From Auanema rhodensis (Eukaryota > Animalia > Nematoda), in assembly GCA_964057225.1 (NCBI GenBank), contig OZ059898.1, forward strand, positions 9,548,001-9,612,000: a stretch of 64,000 bases of DNA. Direction: 5' to 3'. Shown one piece after another: positions 54,511 through 64,000 of this stretch (positions within the stretch are counted from its first letter, which is position 1; each line of letters opens with the position of its first letter). Made by a program: the position numbers and the translations under genes. The notes below the pieces were generated by a model that saw nothing but the letters and a program-made list of their open reading frames with translations, ran no database searches and was not told where the DNA came from.

Positions 54511-57500
54511 AGGTGCTTGCGTTGTCGCAGGTTATGCTCGATGGGCATCCACGTCGTGCCCAGATTTTCCGTAAACAGTTGAGAAATGCGGTAGTTGTGA
54601 GGTTGTGAATCACCTCAAGATGGATGAGTCTTGTCACCGTGCAGGTGTAGATGCAGCTCCAGACTTTCGTATTTCCGTCTTTGACTGTGATGGGTCCGAA
54701 GTAGTCGAGACCTACATGTTTGAAGGGTTGGCTTCGTTGGAGTCGTCTGGATGGTACGTTTCCTGATGGAGGGTACGTAAATGGCCGGTTGTTAAGCCTT
54801 TGACAATTTGCGCACTTTCTTATGACTGCTTGTGTCTGGGAACGTAGTTGAGGAATCCAGTATTTTTGTCGTACTTCCGCCATGGTATGAGCAGTACTTT
54901 TGTGAAATTTTTCATGAAAGTGCTCTATGAGGAGTCGTGCGGTTGGTGTTTTGGGAAGGATGATGATAGGAAGCTTAGCTGATTGCTCTAGCTCAGCGTT
55001 TTCCATTCGTCCTCTGCTGTGCCAGAGGTGATCTCTGAGGAGTGGACGGAGATCGTTTCTTTGGGCTGCTGTCAGACGAACCATCAAGTTTCTTTGATGA
55101 AGGTGTAGTAGATTTAGTTCTGCTTCTTCATAATGTTGAGGTGTACGAGCTTCAGTGAGTGGATAATGAGTTGCTATCCATTTTTCTTGTGCCTGTGTCC
55201 ATGAGGAACAGTCTGATATCCATGGTTCTTCGTTTGGGTCGTCATCCGTAGTTGTCATGTGAACATTCACTTCATTCTGTGGAAGAGTGAATAATGGACC
55301 ATTGATTGCTCGTTCGAGTTGAGCTTGTGGATTCCACCAGTAATGGTCGCTTAGCTCTGCTGTGGTACAACCTCTTGTGGCGATGTCGGCTGGATTATCC
55401 TTCGTGTTGATATAACCAAAGAAGGTCTTTATTTCCATATCTTCCAGTTGTTCTGCGCATTCGTTGATTTCTTTGATGCGGTTTTGTACCAAGACCCCAG
55501 TTGTTTTCTGGTCTGGTTTCTGTCGGATCCAAGCAAGTGCTATCTCAGAGTCGGATAGAAAGGTAGCAGTTTCTATCTTGATGTTGCCTCTGATTTCTTT
55601 GGCGATTTTCAGAGTGTTTGATACTCCTATTGTAAGAGCAGAGATTTCTGCTTTTGGGATTGTGATGGATGAACTCTTGGAGTGCAACTTTGATTTTGCA
55701 AACATGAGCCTGGGTTTGCGAGTTGATGCTGATAAGATGTAGACGCAAAATCCTAACGCTGATCCGCTGGAATCTGTGCAAGTGACCAGATGATATGAGT
55801 TTGTTGGGTCTGATGGTAGTGAGCGAGGAATCGCTTTTACCATGTGAAAATTGTCTGACAATTCTTTCCATTTTTGTTGTAGCTCATGGGGAAGTGTTGT
55901 GTCCCAGTCGAAGTTTTCTGTCCACAGTGATTGTAAAAACAGACGGAGTGGATGAAGGCTGGGGCAGATCATTCCCATAGGATCGAAGATTGAGGCTATA
56001 GCTTGAGTTATGCCTCTTTTGGTTGGTTTTGTTTCTGTTATCTTCGTCTCGATAATCCATTGATCAGTCTTGGTGTCCCAAGGTAGTCCCAATACTTTGG
56101 GTGTTGTTGAACTGTTTTTCTCTTCCATACTGAGGTTGTTGTTGAAGGTATCGTCGTTAGATATGAACTCTTGGAGTGTCATATTCATTTCTGCGAATAT
56201 GTCTTTGATGTCTTGATACCAGAGACATATCTTTTCGCTCGAATCACATGCTAAGAGTAAGTTGTCGACGTAGAGGTTTTCCTTTATTTGATGGGCAAGA
56301 AAGTTTTCGTGACTTCTTTGCATCAGATGATAGCGTATAGTTGCGCTGAGTAGGAATGGAGAAGCGTTGATGCCAAACGGAACTCGGCAAAAACGAAGTG
56401 TCCTTATGTTTTCTGGTGTGATTGGTTGATTGATGTCATTTAACCAGAAGAATCGTGTCGCGTCTCTTTCGGATTCGTGTAGTCGGATTTGAAGAAAGGC
56501 TTTTTTAACGTCAGCAATCATTGCTATTGGTCCGCATCTGAATCGTAGTATCATCCCTATGAGAGAAGGAAGGATTAATGGGCCTTGGTGAATGACGTCG
56601 TTCAAGCTTGGCTTGTTTTGGTAATGTCCGGAGGCATCGTAGACTATTCTAAGCTTAGTCGTTTCCTTTTGAGGCGTTATCACTGCCTGATGGGCGATGT
56701 AGTGAATCCTATGAGCGTTTGGGTATGGATCCGTAGCCTCCTCAATGATGCCGCTGTTTAACTGTTCTTCAATAATGTTGTTGTATTGTTGAAGTAGTTG
56801 TGGTTGATTTGATAGTTTAAGGGCTAAACTTGTCAATCTTTTGAGAGCAAGTGCTCTGTTGTCCGGAAGTAAGTGTGCGTTTTCTTTCCATGGGAACGAA
56901 ACATAATAGCCATCTTCTTTCTTTTGGATGGAAGCGTTGAATTGATCTAGGATCAATTTGTCTCTTGCTTCTCTCTCCTCTTGTTCTGTGCCGGTAAATT
57001 CCATGTGTTCTTCAATGAAACTTTTGTTCCATTTTTGAATTGGTATTGAAGATTCTCCTGTGATGACGGAGTAGGCACTAATTGACTTTTTGTCAGTTGT
57101 TTGACCGGTGATGAAATCTCCAAATTGTGTGTGGATGATTATGTTGTCTGGATTTAATTGCTCTACGGAAGTCAGTGCTTGCCACATAAGGTCCGATCCT
57201 ATGAGGATTCTAGGAGTAATCTTGGAAGTTTGTCCTAGGCTTGGCTTGGCCTTTGTAGCTTTTTGGAAGCTGACTGTGTTGATAGGTCCTGTGAGAATCT
57301 TCTTTGTCCATAAGTTGGCAATGATTTCGGACTTGGTTCCGATGATCTTTGCTTCCACTTTATTGAGTTTCTCAATAGAGGTTGTGTTTCCGAAGGTTTT
57401 TATCTTTACTCGCTTCGTTTGGATCACGGTAAGCTGAAGCTCTTTAGCGAGGTCTTCTTCGATGAAGGATGTGTCTGATCCGCTATCAAGTATAGCGGGC

Positions 57501-59095
57501 ACAGCAATGGTCTTATCCCCTTTGAAGATGTTGATCGTCCCTACCGGGAGTAGAGCGTTGTAAAACTGTTGGTCCTGTTGTTGAGTAGCGAACTGAATGA
57601 TGTGTTCTTCCTCGTTGTAATCATCTTCCATGGGAGTGCTGCTTAACATATTCACTTTGGAAGTCTTCTTTCTTCCGTAGCAGAGGACTTCCAAGTGTTT
57701 TTCGCCACACTTGGAGCATGTGCGTTTGCTGGGGCAGTTCTCTGTGTTGTGAGACTTGCGTAGACAGTTGTGGCAGCGTTTTTCTTGAGTCAGAATGGTC
57801 TGACGTTCTTTCTTCGTCTTCGGAGTGTTGCAGTCCCAGGGAGCGTGGGGTTTCTGACAGAAGATGCAGCTTGTTGTTTTTGCTGCTGTTTTTCTCATCT
57901 CAGGTCGTGGGCGCTGAGGTGTCGACACGTTGTTGGGCCTTGGGCCTGTGAAGCTGTTTGGACGTTGGATGGGTTTCTCAAATCGATCAGCAGCAAAGAT
58001 TTTTACCTTGTTTTGTTGGCGAAGGTATCTTTGAAGTGTCGATACTAGTGTTCCAATGCTGGGCCTTGTGTCGAGCGTTTTGTAGAGCTCTTGAATAATG
58101 CTGCCTGGTAGCTTGCTGTGTAGAAGTACAATAGCAAGAGCGTTTAGCGCTTCGTGTGAATTGGTTTCTGTTTGGCGAAAGATACCGGATATCTTGTCGG
58201 CCATGAACAGAAGGTCTCTGTTGCTCGTGGAGCGTGGTTGGATTTGTACGAAATCCAACATTAGGTGTTGGAGGATGTTGTCGTTGTCATCGTACAAATC
58301 ATGGAGGAAGCAGACGGCAGCGTCATAGGAGTCTTCGTTCGTTGGGAACGAAGAGAGCTGAGCGGCTGCTTCACCGACAAGAGATTGACGTAGGTAGTTA
58401 AATTTCTCGATTGTCGGTATGTTAGCCGAGTGGATGAGTCGGTTGAACAAACTCCAGAAGTTGCGCCAGTTCTTCACATTTCCGTCAAACTTAGGGATGT
58501 CTACAGGTTTGACCGTGGGTCTCAGTCTGTAGGACTCCCTGTACGCTATTGGTAGCGGTTCGTTTCCCAACTGAGCTTGAGTCGGTTGGGTGAGGTCTGG
58601 CCTCTGAACTTCAGTTGTGAGCGGAATGTTGGCAATGGGCTGGGCAGACGGCGCAGAAGAAGTTTGTTCTTCTTCCGGGTCTTGAGCTCGCATTGCAGAG
58701 ACTTGGTCTCTTAGCGCGGAGGTATATCCACGTAGGGTGGATATGTGTCTCCGGAGAGTATCCTCGTTAGCGAGGATTCTCTCTTGATCTTCAGAGTTAA
58801 GATCTTCGGTAATATTGTTCAACTCCTCAATGAGGGAGTTGATCATGTTGATGTCAAGGTCAATAGCCAGCATCTCTTTTTCACGAAGTTCAATCATCCA
58901 GGTCATTTTGTTTGACTGGAGATTGATTTGACGAGTCATGAAAGATTTTCTTCGTCCGTCCTGTTTTTGAAGCTTAGTCAAAAACGAAGTACACCTAGCG
59001 ATCCAAGCGTTGGCCCGAGAGGTATCGGAAGCCTCGGCCTCATGCACCATGTTTTGACTGGAGTCCTTTGAAGTAGGAGAGCGTAAAACGGGCAT
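54389..59095 (-). CDS. gag-pol: Gag-Pol polyprotein: Gag (DUF1759-like plus three zinc knuckles), aspartic protease, RT, RNase H, integrase N-terminal half
   Basis: Gag: IPKFDGN..W..FW and EKFNYLRQSL.GEA, with knuckles CIFCQKPHAPWDC, CHNCLRKSHNTENC and CSKCGEKHLEVLC (57680-57868). Protease: LDSGS (57479-57487). RT: ADVKKAFLQI, PFG..ASPFLL and YVDN (56261-56272). RNase H: TDSS, SDSEIAL and NPADIATRG. Integrase: H..H/CANC, GLDYFGP (54692-54712) and CDNA. Confidence 0.96.
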   Translation of the reverse strand: MPVLRSPTSKDSSQNMVHEAEASDTSRANAWIARCTSFLTKLQKQDGRRKSFMTRQINLQSNKMTWMIELREKEMLAIDLDINMINSLIEELNNITEDLNSEDQERILANEDTLRRHISTLRGYTSALRDQVSAMRAQDPEEEQTSSAPSAQPIANIPLTTEVQRPDLTQPTQAQLGNEPLPIAYRESYRLRPTVKPVDIPKFDGNVKNWRNFWSLFNRLIHSANIPTIEKFNYLRQSLVGEAAAQLSSFPTNEDSYDAAVCFLHDLYDDNDNILQHLMLDFVQIQPRSTSNRDLLFMADKISGIFRQTETNSHEALNALAIVLLHSKLPGSIIQELYKTLDTRPSIGTLVSTLQRYLRQQNKVKIFAADRFEKPIQRPNSFTGPRPNNVSTPQRPRPEMRKTAAKTTSCIFCQKPHAPWDCNTPKTKKERQTILTQEKRCHNCLRKSHNTENCPSKRTCSKCGEKHLEVLCYGRKKTSKVNMLSSTPMEDDYNEEEHIIQFATQQQDQQFYNALLPVGTINIFKGDKTIAVPAILDSGSDTSFIEEDLAKELQLTVIQTKRVKIKTFGNTTSIEKLNKVEAKIIGTKSEIIANLWTKKILTGPINTVSFQKATKAKPSLGQTSKITPRILIGSDLMWQALTSVEQLNPDNIIIHTQFGDFITGQTTDKKSISAYSVITGESSIPIQKWNKSFIEEHMEFTGTEQEEREARDKLILDQFNASIQKKEDGYYVSFPWKENAHLLPDNRALALKRLTSLALKLSNQPQLLQQYNNIIEEQLNSGIIEEATDPYPNAHRIHYIAHQAVITPQKETTKLRIVYDASGHYQNKPSLNDVIHQGPLILPSLIGMILRFRCGPIAMIADVKKAFLQIRLHESERDATRFFWLNDINQPITPENIRTLRFCRVPFGINASPFLLSATIRYHLMQRSHENFLAHQIKENLYVDNLLLACDSSEKICLWYQDIKDIFAEMNMTLQEFISNDDTFNNNLSMEEKNSSTTPKVLGLPWDTKTDQWIIETKITETKPTKRGITQAIASIFDPMGMICPSLHPLRLFLQSLWTENFDWDTTLPHELQQKWKELSDNFHMVKAIPRSLPSDPTNSYHLVTCTDSSGSALGFCVYILSASTRKPRLMFAKSKLHSKSSSITIPKAEISALTIGVSNTLKIAKEIRGNIKIETATFLSDSEIALAWIRQKPDQKTTGVLVQNRIKEINECAEQLEDMEIKTFFGYINTKDNPADIATRGCTTAELSDHYWWNPQAQLERAINGPLFTLPQNEVNVHMTTTDDDPNEEPWISDCSSWTQAQEKWIATHYPLTEARTPQHYEEAELNLLHLHQRNLMVRLTAAQRNDLRPLLRDHLWHSRGRMENAELEQSAKLPIIILPKTPTARLLIEHFHEKFHKSTAHTMAEVRQKYWIPQLRSQTQAVIRKCANCQRLNNRPFTYPPSGNVPSRRLQRSQPFKHVGLDYFGPITVKDGNTKVWSCIYTCTVTRLIHLEVIHNLTTTAFLNCLRKIWARRGCPSSITCDNASTFELGQKVANKLFTTTDSGNQYNAQHHPLCPMARRFLRKTY
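59032..59049 (-). other. Primer-binding site, tRNA-Gly-like (TGGTGCATGAGGCCGAGG)
   Basis: TGG immediately follows the LTR-terminal CA. TGGTGCAT is complementary to the ATGCACCA 3' end of eukaryotic tRNA-Gly(GCC); the match beyond that is imperfect. Confidence 0.8.
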
Positions 59096-59186
59096 GGGTG
59101 GTTCAGTGGATTTGAAGTGTAGAGAACGAGAACGCTAGGTTACTTGGACAACGATTTATTCAGAGAGAACTGGTAAAGACAACAGT
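59050..59186 (-). repeat. Truncated 5' LTR remnant (137 bp: U5 and part of R)
   Basis: Matches 49952-50088 except G59077 vs T49979. Abrupt switch to satellite after ...GACAACAGT. Confidence 0.95.
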
Positions 59187-60085
59187 ACTTACTTGATTAT
59201 AATACTTGAAATTCGAAAAAAAGTAAAAAACAATTGAGAATGCGACATAAACAGTTCAACGATTTGAAGAGAATTGTAAGTTTTAGAAAAGAATTAAAGT
59301 TGAGCTATCTCTACTATTAACTGATTATCGGCTAAAATAAGGTAACAGTTTTTATTGAAAGTTTCCGTGATTAAGATTGAACAAAGTAAAAAAAATCAAA
59401 GAGAAACACTTCTTGTTTACTAATTTGATTATAATACTTGAAATTCGAAAAAAAGTAAAAAACAATTGAGAAAGCGACATAAACAGTTGAACGATTTGAA
59501 GAGAATTGTAAGTATTAGAAAAGAATTAAAGTTTAGCTTTCTCTGTTGATATCTGATTGTCGGCTACAGTTTGGTAACAGTTTTTATTAAAAGTTTCCAT
59601 GATTATGATTGAACAAAGAAAAAAGAATCAAAAGAGTCACTTCTTGTTTATTTATTTGATTATAATACTTGAAATTCCGAAAACAGTAGAATAAAATTGA
59701 GAAAGCGACAAAAACTGTTGAACGATTTAAAGAAAATTGTAAGTATTAGAAAAGAAATAAAGTTTAGCTCTCTCGGTTATTATCTGATTGTCGGCTAAAC
59801 TATGGTAACAGTTTTTATTAAACGTTTCCATGATTATGATTAAACAAAGAAAAAAGAATCAAAAGAATCACTTCTTGTTTACTTATTTGATTATAATACT
59901 TGAAATTTCAAAAACAGTAGAATAAAAATGAGAAAGCGACATAAACAGTTGAACGATTTGAAGAGAATTGTAAGTTTTAGAAAATAATTAAAGTTTAGCT
60001 CTCTCTACTATTAACTGGTTGTCGGCTAAAGTATGGTAACAGTTTTTATTGAAAGTTTCCATGATTATGATTAAACAAAGAAAAA
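59187..60085. repeat. 899-bp satellite block (~3.9 monomers), duplicate of 49053-49951
   Basis: Same variant order as 49053-49951 at offset 10,134. One difference seen (G59611 vs A49477). Ends in the same satellite-LTR junction. Confidence 0.95.
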
Positions 60086-60942
60086 TGTTTTGACTGGAGT
60101 CCTTTGAAGTAGTAGAGCGTAAAACGGGCATGGGTGGTTCAGTGGATTTGAAGTGTAGAGAACGAGAACGCTAGGTTACTTGGACAACGATTTATTCAGA
60201 GAGAACTGGTAAAGACAACAGTGACAAAAAATAGAAAAGTAGATGAACACAATACGAAGCAAGAATACAAAGTAATATGGAGCAGCAGCAACAGCAGAAC
60301 GACGCTTGGAGCGGTCGTTGGATCAAGAGGTGAAGAATGGGAAAAGCTGCGAGCTTATATACGAATTCTACCGGGCGATATACAATACATATTAATGATG
60401 GCATGAAGAAATAGAGAAATAATTTACAACAAGAATACGAAATAATATATAATAAATGAAATAAAATAATCTAGGAATAATAGATACGTGGGCTGAATAT
60501 TAGAATAGAATAGAATATAGAGAGAATACAGCATTTTGCCACAGATTGAATGTGCCTTCTGCTGTAAGTTGTGGGGGCAGGCTAAGTGTAGATGAGTCAT
60601 GTCTTATCCTGTGCGGCATCTCCCAGATTTTGCAGGATGCGCGAGTGGGCGAATGAGTCATGAGCCATTTAGACCTCGATTGCAACTTACAAGATTATTG
60701 ATTAAGCTAAACGAATTCTTAAGATTAAAATAGACTATAGGCAATAAGAGAACAAGATAAACATAAAAGGTTAAGATGGATAGATGTGTTTAAGAGACAA
60801 TAATGAAGGAACATCTGGTGAGTAATCGGATAAACTTGCATGTGTGTGTGCGGCACGTATGAGTCATAGGTGAATAAAATAGTGGGAATAAAGTGCATCG
60901 TTGTCCAAAAGGAGTATGGGAAAGATGGAGTGCGTTCGCACA
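60086..60942 (-). repeat. Complete LTR, 857 bp (third LTR copy; solo-LTR-like, flanked by AAAAA on both sides)
   Basis: TGTTTTGAC...TTCGCACA, identical by eye to 49952-50808, with satellite on both sides. Confidence 0.97.
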
Positions 60943-63900
60943 AAAAAAGAATCAAAGAGAAACACTTCTTGTTTACTTATTTGATTATAATACTTGAAAT
61001 TCCGAAAACAGTAGAATAAAATAGAGACAGCAACTTAAACAGTTGAACGATTTGAAGAGAATTGTAAGTTTTAGAAAAGAATTAAAGTTCAGCTATCTCT
61101 ACTAGTAACTGATTATCGGCTAAAATAAGGTAACAGTTTTTATTAAAAGTTTTCATGATTAGGATTAAACAAAAAAAAGAATCAAAAAGAAACACTTCTT
61201 GTTTACTTACTTGATTATAATACTTGAAATTCGAAAAAAAGTAAAAAAAAATTGAGAATGCGACATAAACAGTTCAACGATTTGAAGAGAATTGTAAGTT
61301 TTAGAAAAGAATTAAAGTTGAGCTATCTCTACTATTAACTGATTATCGACTAAAATAAGGTAACAGTTTTTATTGAAAGTTTCCGTGATTAAGATTGAAC
61401 AAAGTAAAAAAAATCAAAGAGAAACACTTCTTGTTTACTAATTTGATTATAATACTTGAAATTCGAAAAAAAGTAAAAAACAATTGAGAAAGCAACATAA
61501 ACAGTTGAACGATTTGAAGAGAATTGTAAGTATTAGAAAAGAATTAAAGTTTGCTTTCTCTGTTGATATCTGATTGTCGGCTACAGTTTGGTAACAGTTT
61601 TTATTAAAAGTTTCCATGATTATGATTAAACAAAGAAAAAAGAATCAAAGAGAAACAATTCTTGTTTATTTATTTGATTATATTACTCGAAATTTCAAAA
61701 ACAGTAGAATAAAAATGAGAAAGCGACAAAAACTGTTGAACGATTTGAAGAAAATTGTAAGTATTAGAAAAGAATTAAAGTTTAGCTTTCTCTGTTGATA
61801 TCTGATTGTCGGCTAAAGTATGGTAACAGTTTTTATTAAAAGTTTCCATGATTATGATTAAACAAAGAAAAAAGAATCAAAAGAATCACTTCTTGTTTAC
61901 TTATTTGATTATAATACTTGAAATTCCAAAAACAGTAGAATAAAATAGAGAAAGCGACTTAAACAGTTGAACGCTTTGAAGAGAATTGTAAGTTTTAGAA
62001 AAGAATTAAAGTTCAGCTATCTCTACTAGTAACTGATTATCGGCTAAAATAAGGTAACAGTTTTTATTAAAAGTTTTCATGATTAGGATTAAACAAAAAA
62101 AAGAATCAAAAAGAAACACTTCTTGTTTACTAATTTGATTATAATACTTGAAATTCGAAAAAAAGTAAAAAACAATTGAGAATGCGACATAAACAGTTCA
62201 ACGATTTGAAGAGAATTGTAAGTTTTAGAAAAGAATTAAAGTTCAGCTATCTCTACTATTAACTGATTATCGGCTAAAATAAGGTAACAGTTTTTATTGA
62301 AAGTTTCCGTGATTAAGATTAAACAAAGTAAAAAAAAATCAAAAAGAAACACTTCTTGTTTACTAATTTGATTATAATACTTGAATTTCAAAAAAAAGTA
62401 AAAAACAATTGAGAAAGCGACATAAACAGTTGAACGATTTGAAGAGAATTGTAAGTTTAAGAAAAGAATTAAAGTTTAGCTTTGTCTACTATTAACTGAT
62501 TATCGGCTGAAATATGGTGACAGTTTTTTTTTAAAAGTTTCCATGATTAAGATTGAACAAAGAAAAAAAAATCAAAGAGAAACACTTCTTGTTTACTTAC
62601 TCGATTATAATACTTGAAATTCCACAAACAGTAGAAAAAAATTGAGAAAGCGACAAAAACAGTTGAACGATTTGAAGAGAATTGTAAGTATTAGAAAAAA
62701 ATTAAAGTTTAGCTCTTTCTACTATTTAATGATTGTCGGCTAAAATATAATAACAGTTTTTATTAAAAGTTTCCATGATTAAGATTAAACAAAACAAAAA
62801 TCAAAGAGAAACACTTCTTGTTTACTAATTTGATTATAACACTTGAAATTCCAACAGAAGTAAAGTAAAACTGTTAAAGCGAGAAAAACTGTTGAACGAT
62901 TTGAAGACAATTGTAAGTTGAAGAAAACAATTAAAGTTCAGCTATCTCTACTATTAACTGATTATCGGCTAAAATAAGGTAACAGTTTTTATTAAAAGTT
63001 TCCATGATTAAAATTAAACAAAAAAAAAGAATCAAAAAGAAACACTTCTTGTTTACTTACTTGATTATTATACTTGAAATTCGAAAAAAAGTAAAAAACA
63101 ATTGAGAATGCGACATAAACAGTTCAACGATTTGAAGAGAATTGTAAGTTTTAGAAAAGAATTAAAGTTCAGCTATCTCTACTATTAACTGATTATCGGC
63201 TAAAATAAGGTAACAGTTTTTATCGAAAGTTTCCGTGATTAAGATTAAACAAAGTAAAAAAAATCAAAAAGAAACACTTCTTGTTTACTAATTTGATTAT
63301 AATACTTGAAATTCGAAAAAAAGTAAAAAACAATTGAGAAAGCGACATAAACAGTTGAACGATTTGAAGAGAATTGTAAGTTTAAGAAAAGAATTAAAGT
63401 TTAGCTTTGTCTACTATTAACTGATTATCGGCTGAAATATGGTGACAGTTTTTTTTTAAAAGTTTCCATGATTAAGATTGAACAAAGAAAAAAAAATCAA
63501 AGAGAAACACTTCTTGTTTACTTACTCGATTATAATACTTGAAATTCCACAAACAGTAGAAAAAAATTGAGAAAGCGACAAAAACAGTTGAACGATTTGA
63601 AGAGAATTGTAAGTATTAGAAAAAAATTAAAGTTTAGCTCTTTCTACTATTTAATGATTGTCGGCTAAAATATAATAACAGTTTTTATTAAAAGTTTCCA
63701 TGATTAAGATTAAACAAAACAAAAATCAAAGAGAAACACTTCTTGTTTACTAATTTGATTATAACACTTGAAATTCCAACAGAAGTAAAGTAAAACTGTT
63801 AAAGCGAGTAAAACTGTTGAACGATTTGAAGACAATTGTAAGTTGAAGAAAACAATTAAAGTTCAGCTATCTCTACTATTAACTGATTATCGGCTAAAAT

Positions 63901-64000
63901 AAGGTAACAGTTTTTATTAAAAGTTTCCATGATTAAAATTAAACAAAAAAAAAGAATCAAAAAGAAACACTTCTTGTTTACTTACTTGATTATTATACTT
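60943..64000. repeat. Continuation of the 231-232-bp satellite (~13 monomers), more divergent, ending in a 925-bp 4-mer unit
   Basis: Same monomer core with many private variants. CCACAAACA at 62622 and 63547; CCAACAGAAG at 62851 and 63776. Confidence 0.97.

Larger units (their letters stand above)
49952..60942 (-). mobile_element. Bel/Pao (Belpaoviridae) env-bearing LTR retrotransposon / endogenous virus, with rearranged 5' end (core element 49952-59186)
   Basis: LTRs with TGT...ACA ends, PBS, PPT and a 5-bp TSD. Domain order is gag (three Cys-His knuckles)-PR-RT (YVDN)-RNaseH-IN-env, typical of Bel/Pao. The phlebovirus Gc-like env is typical of nematode Cer7/Cer13/Atlas-type elements. Confidence 0.97.

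Noticed and set aside
50058-58328. Small ORFs within the LTRs and antisense or alternate-frame ORFs overlapping gag-pol-env
   Set aside because: Short, with no motifs; explained as shadows of the long ORFs or low-complexity LTR sequence.
50809-59049. Element-encoded tRNA primer
   Set aside because: No second copy of the PBS complement (GGCCTCATGCA on the sense strand) was found, and there is no non-coding space: the internal region is almost entirely ORF.
60086-60942. Independent second insertion or unrelated solo LTR
   Set aside because: It shares the exact insertion point and 899 bp of flank with the LTR at 49952, so it derives from the same integration event.
1-64000. Calling the array a centromere or naming the species
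   Set aside because: Not determinable from sequence alone; I do not recognise this satellite family.

Overview
Eukaryotic, very probably nematode, heterochromatic DNA. About 54 kb is an AT-rich tandem satellite with 231-232-bp monomers (1-49951, 59187-60085, 60943-64000). Its higher-order units change locally (about 4-, 5-, 9-, 10-, 11- and 14-mers) and divergence rises from left to right. A young Bel/Pao (Belpaoviridae, Cer7/Cer13/Atlas-like) LTR retroelement is inserted on the minus strand into the satellite A-tract, with a 5-bp AAAAA target-site duplication. It has 857-bp TGT...ACA LTRs, a PBS, a PPT, and gag-PR-RT-RNaseH-IN followed by a phlebovirus-like Gn/Gc envelope. An unexplained ~233-aa domain with its own signal-like sequence follows env. 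The polyprotein is broken by a +1 frame change inside the integrase core. The 5' end is rearranged: the 5' LTR stops after 137 bp and is followed by an 899-bp copy of the satellite that flanks the 3' LTR, then by a third, complete LTR. Satellite DNA therefore now lies between the LTR promoter and the PBS. All alignments were done by eye.
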